In this document: piece by piece, positions 48,094 through 59,200 of the stretch
Position numbering within the stretch: the first letter of the stretch is position 1
How the letters are laid out: each line of letters begins with the position of its first letter
Origin: an uncultured Candidatus Saccharibacteria bacterium
GTDB taxonomy: Bacteria > Patescibacteriota > Minisyncoccia > Phycocordibacterales > UBA9973
NCBI GenBank assembly: GCA_964496425.1
Contig: CAZBZO010000002.1
Location: 2,450 to 66,449, forward strand
Direction: 5' to 3'
DNA: 64,000 nucleotides
Program-made: the position numbers and the translations under genes
The notes under the pieces: generated by a model
What the model was told of the DNA's origin: nothing
Databases searched by the model: none
Seen by the model: the letters and a program-made list of their open reading frames with translations, nothing else

Positions 48094-49779
48094 ATGGCAA
48101 ATATCCATAACCTGAAAATCAAAAACTTTAAGGGGATCAAGGAACTGGATCATACTTTTGGTCCAGCTAACTTGATTTGCCTGGTGGGTCGCGGGGATTC
48201 TGGAAAAACAACTATTCTCGAAGCAATTGAACGTGCATTATACCCGAACTGGAATCCATCTATAAGTGATAATGATTTTTATAACTGTGACATTTCTTTG
48301 CCGCTCGAGATAGAGGTAACACTCAAGGGGATTGCCGATAAGCTATTGAGCGATAATAAATATGGACTACATATTCGTGGTCTTCATGCGGATGGAATGA
48401 CTATTTGTGATGAAATTCAAGATGGGCAAGAAAAACTTCTTACAATACTGTTTAAAGTTGAAAAAGATCTGGAACCTAAATGGTTTGTAACAAGTCATCG
48501 CCCACATCAGGAGGACATGAAAATTGACACGGGAGATCGCTCTACTTTTAATGTTTTTTTGCTATCTGATTATCTGGATAAACATTTTTCATGGAGTAAA
48601 GGAACACCATTATTCGCTTTACTTAAACAGGACGGAAATATAGCAGAAAGTTCATTGTTACTAGATGCTGTTCGAGATTTAAAGATAGGGATCGATAGAG
48701 TAGGATTTCCTCATCTAGACACAGTTATTGATAGGGTTAAGAGTTCGACACTAAAATTTGGTGTCAATATCAATAATACTAAAACTAGCATTGATATAAA
48801 GGATCTTGCCATAAAGGATAGTAAGGTAATTCTTCATGATGACTTGGTTCCTTTAAAACTTAAGGGAAAAGGTTCAAAAAGACTTATTTCTGTTGCAATC
48901 CAAACGGAATTAGCAAAAGACGGGATATTATTACTTGACGAAATAGAACAAGGCCTTGAACCTGATAGAGTTAAGCATCTTGTCAGAACTCTTTGCTGTA
49001 ATACCAACGAACAAACATTTGTGACCACTCATTCACAGCAAGTAATTGAAGAACTTGAACCAGAAAATATATTTGTTGTGAATGCCGAAAATGGCATTGT
49101 GACTATCAAGCAAACAAATAGTGCTGAAAGCGATAAATATAAGAGTCTTTTTAGAACATGCTCTGAAGCACTGTATGCAAATCGAGTCATTGTTTGTGAA
49201 GGCAAAACTGAGCTTGGATTTTGCCGGTCCATAGACAAACAAAGAGTCCTATCATCATTACCATCAATGGCCATGAAGGGTGTTGTGTACTCCCTAGGTG
49301 GTGGTGATGGATTTAACAGAAAGGCAAAACAACTGAAAGAAAATCTTGGTAAAGAAGTTTGTGTTTTTTGTGATTCAGATAAAGATGAGGATATTGGTGA
49401 ACCAACAAAAGTTGAATTGAGAGCTTCAGGTATAGATATTTTTGATTGTGAGACACTTAATAATTTAGAACAACAGATTTCAAAAGATCTACCATGGGAA
49501 GGGATCGAGGAGCTTTGCAACTATGTTGTTCAAGATAAAAACATTAAGAAAGAATTTGCTCTTTATTTTAAAGAATTGACTACTTCTAGTTGGAATAACG
49601 CTGATACTCCTGAAAATAGAAAACTCTTTTCCGATGCAGCAAAAAAATATTCTTGGTTTAAAAGAATTGATCACGGTGAGAAACTAGGGGACATCTGTCT
49701 TAAATATAAGAGTCAATTAGCAGAAGACTCACGGCTAAAAGTGATTATCTCCGGAATAAATTCCTGGATAGAAATATGA
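48094..49779 (+). CDS. OLD-family ABC-type ATPase with C-terminal TOPRIM nuclease domain (class 2 OLD; GajA-like)
   Basis: Walker A GRGDSGKTT, ABC signature/Walker B LLLDEIEQGLEP...H, TTHSQQ; TOPRIM glutamates VIVCEGKTE and DxD CDSDKD. Confidence 0.75.
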   Translation: MANIHNLKIKNFKGIKELDHTFGPANLICLVGRGDSGKTTILEAIERALYPNWNPSISDNDFYNCDISLPLEIEVTLKGIADKLLSDNKYGLHIRGLHADGMTICDEIQDGQEKLLTILFKVEKDLEPKWFVTSHRPHQEDMKIDTGDRSTFNVFLLSDYLDKHFSWSKGTPLFALLKQDGNIAESSLLLDAVRDLKIGIDRVGFPHLDTVIDRVKSSTLKFGVNINNTKTSIDIKDLAIKDSKVILHDDLVPLKLKGKGSKRLISVAIQTELAKDGILLLDEIEQGLEPDRVKHLVRTLCCNTNEQTFVTTHSQQVIEELEPENIFVVNAENGIVTIKQTNSAESDKYKSLFRTCSEALYANRVIVCEGKTELGFCRSIDKQRVLSSLPSMAMKGVVYSLGGGDGFNRKAKQLKENLGKEVCVFCDSDKDEDIGEPTKVELRASGIDIFDCETLNNLEQQISKDLPWEGIEELCNYVVQDKNIKKEFALYFKELTTSSWNNADTPENRKLFSDAAKKYSWFKRIDHGEKLGDICLKYKSQLAEDSRLKVIISGINSWIEI

Positions 49780-51182
49780 GTGAGACATTTGATGTAAGAT
49801 CTTTTGCAACCGCGCGGGATAATGTTTTAATTGCTCCAGCAGGTTTTGGCAAAACCCATTCAATTAGTGAATGTCTTAAGTACACTCATGGTAGACAACT
49901 TATTCTAACGCATACTCAAGCTGGTGTCGCTTCTATTAAAGACAAGCTACAAAAATGTTATATCAGTAAAGACAAATACAGTGTGGAGACCATATCTAGT
50001 TTTGCTAAAAGGTATGTGGTTTCCTTCGATAATTCAACAAGTATTCCAAATGAAACAGATGATAACTTCTATCCTTATTTCATTGAACAGGCAACCAATT
50101 TGTTATCTTCAATCTTAGTACAGGATATAATAAAGCTTTCCTACTCAGGCTTGTTTGTTGATGAATATCAAGACTGTACTATTAAGCAACATAATTTAAT
50201 ATTGATATTGGCCGGAATACTGCCAACCCACGTTTTAGGTGATCCTTTACAAGGAATTTTTGGTTTTGCTGGCGATCTAGTTGATCTAAATGACTCTCCT
50301 CAGATGGGTAGATTCAATACAGTCCATTATTTGAAAGTCCCTCATCGGTGGATCATTGGGGGTAATAAGCAACTTGGAACGGATTTACTACAAATAAGAG
50401 AGAAATTGCAATTAAATCTTGAAATTGAATTAAAGCACTTTCCATCCATAGAATTTAGGCAAGGAGGTTATTTAGATCATTATAATTTCATAATGGAAAC
50501 CCTAAAAAACTGTGATAGCGTCTTAGTAATTGATCCTAATTCAATGAGATTAAGTAACAGGGAAAAGTTTGTTGTTACTTTCAAGTATATTCCCTTACTA
50601 ATTGAAGCATTTGATGGGAAGGACTTTTATTCTTCCGCGATCCATTTTGATAATAAAAACAATCTTCCTGCTAGTGAGGTTTTACACAAGTTTATTGAAG
50701 GTAAGTTTTCTAATTTAGATAATTGGTACGATAAGACTAATAGGAGATTCAGAAAAAAAAGAAACCCTGTTGAAGAGAAGGAGTTGTTCGTGATAAAACA
50801 ACTTATGAGTAGGTTGGAATTAAGTTACTCACTAATGGATTTGAAAGAGGTCATATTTAGAATAAGAAATTTAAAGGGTGTTAACTGCGCGAGAAGGGAT
50901 CTTTTAAGTTCTCTGAGTAGATCAATGGAAGATGCTCATTATTCAAGAATCTCAGTACTGGAAGCAATGAGAAACAATCGAAATGGGATAAGGAGATTAG
51001 GTAGAAAAATGTATGGCAAATGTGTAGGTACAACTCTTCTAACTAAAGGGTTGGAGTTTGAAACCGTAATTATATTAGATGCAGATAAATTTAATGACCC
51101 CAAGAATTTTTATGTTGCAATATCAAGATGTATTAAGAGGCTTATTATACTTGCCAGTAATAGTAAATTAAATCCGTATTAA
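49776..51182 (+). CDS. short UvrD-like superfamily-1 helicase (GajB-like)
   Basis: Walker A APAGFGKTH, motif II VDEYQD, C-terminal motif VI-like TLLTKGLEFETVIILDAD; 4-bp overlap with upstream ATPase. Confidence 0.7.
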   Translation: MSETFDVRSFATARDNVLIAPAGFGKTHSISECLKYTHGRQLILTHTQAGVASIKDKLQKCYISKDKYSVETISSFAKRYVVSFDNSTSIPNETDDNFYPYFIEQATNLLSSILVQDIIKLSYSGLFVDEYQDCTIKQHNLILILAGILPTHVLGDPLQGIFGFAGDLVDLNDSPQMGRFNTVHYLKVPHRWIIGGNKQLGTDLLQIREKLQLNLEIELKHFPSIEFRQGGYLDHYNFIMETLKNCDSVLVIDPNSMRLSNREKFVVTFKYIPLLIEAFDGKDFYSSAIHFDNKNNLPASEVLHKFIEGKFSNLDNWYDKTNRRFRKKRNPVEEKELFVIKQLMSRLELSYSLMDLKEVIFRIRNLKGVNCARRDLLSSLSRSMEDAHYSRISVLEAMRNNRNGIRRLGRKMYGKCVGTTLLTKGLEFETVIILDADKFNDPKNFYVAISRCIKRLIILASNSKLNPY

Positions 51183-51343
51183 CCAAGAATAGATTCTTTG
51201 TGTTATTATTACTTTTTTTGAATTGCTGAGCTTGTTGAAGTTGATTGTGAGAGGTTCAAATTTTGTTTAGGTAACCTTCAATTACAAGAACATTTGACAA
51301 GATTCTGTAAAGGAGGGAGCATTTGCTATTTATGACAATTGGG

Positions 51344-51556
51344 TGCACCTTAGGAAAAAAATTATGCCCTCCATATCTGGCAAATTTCCCAAACGGTGCG
51401 GCTATACCTACTGATCCTGGAAATAACATCCTAGCTACAGATCCAGCATTTTGGCAGAAAGTAAGGAATGACATAGTCACTCTCAGTGAGATTATAAAGG
51501 ATAGTGGGAAAGAAGACAAACCGGATGAATTGTCGTTTCTAGCAAAACTTCCCTAG
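51344..51556. repeat. ~210-bp direct repeat copy 2 flanking defence cassette (71-nt identical core 51450-51520)
   Basis: see copy 1; small ORF 51323..51556 paralogous to 47742..48008. Confidence 0.8.
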
Positions 51557-51591
51557 TTATCAAGCTAGGTACTTATTAGTATGCTACTTGT

Positions 51592-51828
51592 ATGGATACC
51601 TCTATACCAAATGATTTAAGAAAGTGGAGGAAGGCTAAGGGATTTCGACAGCTTGATGTAGCATGTAAACTAGGATTTTCTAGCACTGATCGAATTTCGA
51701 AGTGGGAGAAGGGAATTTCCTATCCTCATCTGATTAATCTCTTTAAGCTCTGCGCGATATATGAGGTAATGCCGCAGGAGTTGTATGGAGAAGTCTTGAG
51801 ACAAGTTTATCAATCACAAAATAAATAA
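51592..51828 (+). CDS. XRE-family helix-turn-helix transcriptional regulator
   Basis: 78 aa; LRKWRKAKGFRQLDVACKLGFSSTDRISKWEKG HTH_3 pattern. Confidence 0.7.
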   Translation: MDTSIPNDLRKWRKAKGFRQLDVACKLGFSSTDRISKWEKGISYPHLINLFKLCAIYEVMPQELYGEVLRQVYQSQNK

Positions 51829-51830
51829 TT

Positions 51831-52748
51831 TTAGTAAGTCTTATTGAGCAAGGGGTCAAAGACCATTTTGTAATTAGAATCTTTTACAAAATCATGCTCA
51901 TCGAATTCAAGAATAGTTTGTTTCAGGTTAAAATTATACGCTTCTGTTTTGGATTGAATAAAAAAACTTACTCCCTCAGCATTGCCAAAAAAATGCCTTT
52001 GTGGATTCGTTACATTTTCATGAAGTAGTTTTGCATGGAATATTTCACTATTAAAGTAATGAAGTATTCTCTTGTGAACTTCCCCAAAATAATCTTTACC
52101 GGAATCAGTGCCGTTAAAATATTCTCCGTGTACCAATCTATGCCTTAATCCAGATCGAGAATTTCCTTTTATGCCAAATAATTCGATTTTAAGCTCTTTC
52201 CCTAGTATTAGTTCAATAAAGTTAAAGTCCTTTTTGTCATTTCTTTTGGCAAGAGCTTCAATGGCTGAAAACATGAGCAGCAACTTAGAAGAATACCCAG
52301 TAGCATTGGTTGCATCATTCCAATAAAAGTAGAATTCATCGGGTATCTGGAGGTTCCTATGAAGTACATCCAATGCCTTCAGATGGTCTTCCATGAACAT
52401 TAGTCCAACAGGCGACCTATCTTTCACAATTCTTATAAATGCTGTATCAGAATCTTCCCTATGAATAAGAAAAGATTCATTCACAAAATCAATATAGCAT
52501 TGAGAGATAAGGGCAATCTTGGGAATAATCTGAAGTAGTTTTAATCTAAATTCCTTGAAAGCTTCATGGAAGTCAGCTGCTTCAAATGTTGCTTCAGCCA
52601 GCCAGGCATCTCCTTTCCATCCATATGCATGATTGAAATCCCATTGTGAAAGGGTTATGTCATCAATCGCAAATGATGCTGGATTATCCTTTCCGATAAT
52701 TGCATTGTGAGCAAGAGTTGTAATGCGATGCTGAATTTTATACTTCAT
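51831..52748 (-). CDS. hypothetical protein, island-encoded (possible Rx4H/HEPN-like motif RHRLVH)
   Basis: 305 aa ORF, AT-rich codon usage like neighbouring Gabija genes; no confident domain. Confidence 0.4.
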   Translation of the reverse strand: MKYKIQHRITTLAHNAIIGKDNPASFAIDDITLSQWDFNHAYGWKGDAWLAEATFEAADFHEAFKEFRLKLLQIIPKIALISQCYIDFVNESFLIHREDSDTAFIRIVKDRSPVGLMFMEDHLKALDVLHRNLQIPDEFYFYWNDATNATGYSSKLLLMFSAIEALAKRNDKKDFNFIELILGKELKIELFGIKGNSRSGLRHRLVHGEYFNGTDSGKDYFGEVHKRILHYFNSEIFHAKLLHENVTNPQRHFFGNAEGVSFFIQSKTEAYNFNLKQTILEFDEHDFVKDSNYKMVFDPLLNKTY

Positions 52749-52942
52749 AAATCTTTTTGCTTCTCCATAAATGTATCAACAAGTAATTTAGCGAGATACA
52801 TCAATTGAATATTTTCTTCTTGTTCCTTAGCTGATAAGCGTTCAAAGGCTTGGACTCCCGCGTGCTTTATAGCTGACTCCTTCGCATACAGATAACCTTC
52901 TAAATCCATTCTTGCATTATTCATCAGCGTACTATAGCGCAT
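52745..52942 (-). CDS. hypothetical small protein, translationally coupled upstream of 305-aa ORF
   Basis: 65 aa; stop overlaps start of downstream ORF (ATGA). Confidence 0.35.
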   Translation of the reverse strand: MRYSTLMNNARMDLEGYLYAKESAIKHAGVQAFERLSAKEQEENIQLMYLAKLLVDTFMEKQKDL

Positions 52943-53045
52943 AGTAGGAGAAAGTTCGAATCCCTTTAACCTCCACCATGTTTTTGGTGTTTCTGCAAAA
53001 TAAAAAATCCTTAGGAAGTAAGGATTTTTGAGTAATACCTTAAGG

Positions 53046-53118
53046 TGCGCGATAGAGGATTCGAACCTCTGGCCTACCCCACGTCAAGGGGTCGCTCTAC
53101 CAACTGAGCTAACCGCGC
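53046..53118 (-). tRNA. tRNA-Val (anticodon GAC)
   Basis: Reverse complement folds: acceptor gcgcggt/atcgcgc, D-loop agctcagttggtagagc, anticodon loop ttGACgt, T-arm agagg-ttcgaat-cctct. Confidence 0.85.
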
Positions 53119-53207
53119 GTCACCCCACAATACTAAAAAATAGCCAATGCTGCAATAATAGCTTTATTGATGGGTTGATTGTTGTTATAATGGGGTAGCT
53201 CGGCACA

Positions 53208-56200
53208 ATGCTTTTTTTTAATCAAAAAAAAATAAAAGACCAAGAAAACAATCAAATTCAGGATGTTTTTTTTGATTCAGCCAAAAGCATCATCAATCTT
53301 AAAAAAAAGACGCCATTTATTGAATTTCACTTTGAAAATTCAATTATTCTATTTAAAAAATACGAACGAAAATTGTTTGTCACCCTTGCAATATTTTTTG
53401 GAGTTGCAATTTTTAGTATGTTTTATGTCACCACGGCGAATGTTGCTGTTTTTTATTCAAGTAAATGTCTTGGGGGGTGGGAACATCCAGAAAACGCCGA
53501 AGGTAAGCCATCGCTTTCTTCTGGAGCTCATGCAGAAGATTTTACCAAAAATAATTCTGCATATGTGAAAGAACATTCTGCCTCTATGTACTGCGGCGAA
53601 TTTGACGGCGTAGTTCCCGTGGATGCTATACCTAAAACTTTCAAGCTTTCTCTGGCCTGGTCTGTTGATAATGGAACCGTTCGTCATCGCGAACCAAAAC
53701 CGTTTGATCTTTCCACTGAGTTTGAACCAGATACGAGTACCGCGGTAACTGATGAGAATAAAAATGATGATATTTTAAACGAAGGTGGTGAACAGGAAGA
53801 AATTATAACGGATGAGTCTAGAGAGAGTACTGACATCCTACAAGTAGAAGAGCGTGATAGTTCTCCTGAAACCGATCCTCAAGATGAGGAAGCATCCAGT
53901 GAGGATATTTCCTCAGAACAGAGTGATGAATCTTCAGACCAGCAAACATTCTTTGAGCGATTATTTACTAAAAAAGTATTTGCCCAAGAAGAAAATTCTG
54001 AAGGTACGAGCTCTGAGAGTTCTTCAAATAACAATGACTCAACATCTACCGAAAATGGATCTGAGAGCTCGGACTCAAGCTCGGATAATAAGAATGGTTC
54101 CGAACCATCAGGCGATGCTCCACAAGATTCTGAAAGCATAACAGAAAACGAGCCTTCAAACGTTCCGACTCAAGGATCGGAACAGAATAGAGATACTTCC
54201 GTACGGGATCAGAGAGAAATAACAGAGAAGAAAAATCGAATAAAAAAGGAAACAGGAAGCATCCCCGAAACGGAGCCAGTGGTAGACGGGTTTATGGAAG
54301 TTTCTTATACATTAGATGGAGCAACCTGGAACAGTCTGGGACAAGTCAGTATGAATAATTGGCAAGACGTATCTTTCGATATCCCACTTACCGCCTGGGC
54401 GGACCTTTCAACATTTCAAATCGGTTTTCAAACCCTAGCCAATCTTGATGAGTCACCGGCAATATATATAGACAGCGTGAGCGTCGAAGTGCAATATGAA
54501 ACAGAACAAGAAAACTTCAATCTTGAAGTTCCTACTGTAAAAATAATAGATTCGTCTGAAAATATCATTTTCAGCGACATGACAACATTCTCTTCCCAAG
54601 ACGAACCGTTCTTCGATGTAGTTAATCCAAAATATAGTGAGAGTGATTTACTTTTACTTATTAATGAAGGCAAAATTGAGATTGTAGAAGATACAGATAA
54701 GATGATAGATCTTTGGGAAATGCCCAGTATGCTCGAAGATCCGGTAAAAAATAGTATTGAATCAATCAAAAGTATTGTTAATCCAACAGTGTCGCATACA
54801 CCTTCTCAGATAGAGGAAGAAACTTTCTCTTCTCAAGATGAAGAGCAAGGTTCGGCGGGGCCACGCCGGAAGTCTACTCTTGAAATCATCGAAGGTTCTC
54901 CTCCTGACGAGCAAGCGCAAGAAGAGACCACAAACGGAGCGATTCAATTAAAAGAAAATACTTCCGAAGAATCTCCTGCAATTGAAAGTGATGGTGAGAA
55001 TATAGATCAATCAGAAGAAGGAGATAATGAGATTATATCAATGCTCCCCAAACAGAGCCTTGATCGTTATTGGGGAAATAGAATAAAATCTGAAAAAACA
55101 AACTCAATAATAAGTAATCAGAGTGGAGGTACTTCGAAAGCTTTTTTATTTGGGCCATATATTGCTCATGCGCAAGAAGAAGAAGCTCTGCATCTGAATG
55201 ATATTGTTGCGGAAGTGTTTGATTCTCAAGGTAAAACAGATATACAGACAAGTATAACAACCGTGATTATCGGTGGAGTACAAAAGAGAAGAGTCAATAT
55301 AGAGCGACCACAGCAATTCCGACCAGGAACGTATACCTTGCGGATAACATTGAGAGGAGAAAATGCAAATATTATTTCAGAGCAGAATTTTACGTGGGGA
55401 GTACTTGCGATCAATATTGACCGCTCAATAGAATTGCCTGGGGAAGATGCCTATATTCAAATGGCCGTGCTCAACGATCTTGGGCATACGCTGTGTAACG
55501 CTGATCTTTCACTTGAAATCAAAAGTCCTAGTGGTATCGTTACTCATTTCAATACAAGTGACGCTACTATTGTGTCTGCACAAGAATGTGGCGTAGATAA
55601 TATTATCCCAGTTCCAGACTATTTCAGTCACTACACTGTTTCAAACGAGATTGGTGTTTACTCAATGACACTAACTGCCGAGACGTTAAACGGCACAAAA
55701 ACGATTACTGATTCATTTGAAACAAAGGCATCTCCACTATTTGATGTTGTTCGTACCGGACCTACCAGAATAAATCCAACTGCTGGATATCCTGTGACTA
55801 TTGAAATTACCCCAAAGGCAGATTGGAATGGTGTTATAACCGAAACCGTACCGATTGATTTTACGATTTCACCGCCGATGAGAAGTATTGCATATGACAG
55901 TATTGAAATAGTAAACAATAAAAAAAATATTACGTGGAATATATCCTTGATTAAGGGTGAGACAACAACAATCGGCTATTACTTTGATGCACCGGACGAA
56001 AGTCCTCAATTTTATTTGTTGGGTCCCCTTGATTTTAGCCTACTTTCATTTAAAGGTTTGAAAACTACTTCTGTTTTTCAAGAAGCACGTGAGTGGCAAA
56101 TTGCAAGTGACGTTGCGACTATCGTACTTTTAACGACTGGTACGAGCTGGAGTGTGCCTGTAGACTTTGATCCAGCAAACAATACGATCGAAGGTATTGG

Positions 56201-59200
56201 CGGCGGCGGCGGCGGTGGTGGTGGAACGAATGGAACAGGAGCACAGGGTCGTGGTGGTGGCGGAGCTGGTGGTGGAGGTGAATATAGAAAAATTTCGAAT
56301 TTCAATCCAGGCGGTGCTGGATCAATATCATATGTAATTGGACAAGGTGGAACTTTCGGTGCAGCAAATACAAGTGGTAGTAATGCTACTGATACGACAT
56401 GGAATAGTACATCACTTGTTGCAAAAGGTGGACTTTTAGGAACGAATACTGGAGCAGGCACTGGTGGTACAGGTGGTGCTGGTGGTACTGGTGGTACTGG
56501 AGCTGCAGGAAATAATAATGGTGGTAAAGGTGGCCGTGGAGGAAACCGTTCTGTGACATTAGGCGGTGGTGGCGGTGGTGGAGGAGGTGCCGGTGGGACA
56601 AGTGCAGTTGGGGGCGCAGGAACAAACGGTACTGCTGGTAGTACTGGGGGTGCAGGAGGTGCGGGAGGTAATGCTTCTGGTGGAACAGCAGGAACGAGTA
56701 ATGGTGGGGCTGGAGGAGCTGGTACTGTTTGGACCGACAACTCAGGTGGCGCCAATAATGGTATACAAGGTGGTGCTGGTGGTGGTGGCGGAGGAGGACT
56801 TGCCAGTGCCGGTGCCGGTGGTGCATCAGGTACTGCTGGTAATTATGGAGCTGGCGGTGGCGGTGGTGCTGGTGGAGGTTCAGGTTCTTCAGCTGGAAGT
56901 GCTGGCAAGGCAGGAGCAAATGGTATTATTGCTATTACCTATACTCCGTTTACTATTTCAGGGACTGCAAATGGTAATGATACCGCAACTGTAAGAGTTG
57001 CTATTAATGGAACTTTACAAGCTCAAACAGGCACTATTTCTGCTAGTGCTTGGTCTATAAGTGGAGTCACTTTACCAACGTCTGGGGATATTATTACTGT
57101 TTGGGTAGATAACGTAAGTGACGCAAATGAATCAAGTGCGGTAACCAAGTGGAGTTCTGGTAGTGTTTCTAGTATGGTGCTTAACACCAATTTTTTAACA
57201 ATTGGAAGTAATCAAAATACAAGTTTGACGGTCACTAACCTTGGTCAATATGATTCTGACAATGATGAGGACATTATGCATACTGCGAATAGTGGGGCTT
57301 TCTTAGTGCAAGCATCTGGCAATACATATACAGGAGAAACCATCACAATAGCGTCAAGTAATACACTAACAGTTAGTACCGGTGAATCACTTACAACTGA
57401 AAAGATGATTATAAGTGGAACAGTAACTTCGTCAGGTACTGCCACCTATACATTTACTGCAACATCTGGGACACTACTTACGAGAACTGGAACATTCACT
57501 CAAAGTAATTCAACGGTTAATGTTACATCAGCATCAGGAACCCCTACATTCCTCTCTGCTGCAGTCACATTTCATATTCTTACTATTAATGCAGCTGCAA
57601 CGGTCATAAATGCTGGCGCAGTGATTACTATTGATGACACAAGTGGAGCTTTGCTCTACATTCAATCTGGAGTTCTCAATGACGATGGTTTGGGAATATC
57701 AACTTCGGCTTCTACCGCTAATACATTGCAAATAGATTCTGGTGGTACGATGTGTTTAGGTGGATCAAGTTCAAATACATCTGCAACTTGCAACACTGGC
57801 ACCGTATCAACGACGACAAGGTCTATGCCAGCATTTAGTACGTATACATTAAATGCTTCTTCGACTATTATTTATTTATCAGACGCAGACACAACTATTT
57901 CATCTACACCAACCTATGGTAATTTGAAATTACAGCCAAAATTCGTAACTACTGCACGTACCTATACCTTGAATGGCGCTATGACCATTAATGGTAATTT
58001 TGATATAAATCCCGAAGAATCAGGTGCGGGTACTCCTGCGCTTACAGTTAATGCCGGAGGTACCATTACAGTTGCGACAACAAAAACAATAACTTTGACA
58101 CGATCAAATAGTTCAAGTAGCTCTCTTGATCTAAGGCCCTCATCAACTGATTATAATCTTTCAACAGGGTTTTTGGTTGTGGCCACTGGTGGCACGCTTG
58201 ACGCAGCCAGTGCTTCGTCAACGATTACGCTTACAGGTACTTCTGGAACGCTATTTACAAAAGCTGGCACATTTACCCAAGGCACTTCTGATGTGGTTGT
58301 CACCAGTGCTTCAGGGACACCAACATTATTATCTGCCGGAACTACATTTCACAGGTTGACGATTAATAGCGCTGCAACTGTCATAAATGCAGGCGCAGTG
58401 ATTACTATGTCGAGTGCTGATGCCAATAACAGACTCTATATTCAAACTGGTGTGCTCAACGATGGAGGTAGTCAAATTGTTGGCACGGCAAATGGGACAA
58501 TGCTCATAGATGGAGGGGCAATGCTCTGTATTAATGGCACGGTGGGTGGGACCAATGCGACATGTAATAGCGGAGCAGCTGTTAATGGTGGATCAGGTGG
58601 ATTCCCAACCAACTATACCACTGGCAATATTACTCTTGCTGTTACTTCTACGGTTGCCTATCTTGGAAATGGTGGTTTGAGCATTTCATCCACGCCTACG
58701 TACGGGAATTTAAAATTGATCCCGGTACTAGCTTCAACAAATAAAAGTTATACATTTTCTGGTGTTACAACGATAAATGGAGATTTTACGATCCTACCTT
58801 CAGGTGCCGCACTGGAATTAAAAGTAAAGTTAGGCGGTGATCTAACGGTGGCTGCAACTAAAACGACAACAATTTCAAATAGCGGAGTTCCAACCTCTTT
58901 GTTGCAGCTGCGTCCAGTGAGTACAGATTATAATCTGACCACTGGCTTTTTGAGTGTCAGTAGTGGCTCCGAGCTCGATGCAACTCTCAGTGCATCGACT
59001 ATTACAATTACTGGGACATCAGGTACGCTGTATACAAATGCAGGGACATTTAGTAACGGAAGTACAGAAGTAAACTTTTCAGGTAATGGTAGTGCGACGA
59101 TCAATTCCGGTAGTATTACATTTAATAATTTTAGAAGTTCTGGTACGGGCACAAAAAGCCTCGGTGTTTCAGGAATTTCTGTTGCGAATAATATATTTAT

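Noticed and set aside
47613-53118. Calling the island an active integrative element or prophage
   Set aside because: No integrase, excisionase or phage structural genes are present. Only the att-like tRNA 3' duplication and cargo genes were seen, so it is treated as a decayed or satellite island.
56078-56994. Proline/His/Gln-rich ORFs on the minus strand and alternate + frames (e.g. 56078..56755, 56386..56919)
   Set aside because: They are antisense or out-of-frame readings of the GGN glycine-codon tract inside the giant + strand ORF, so they are low-complexity artefacts.
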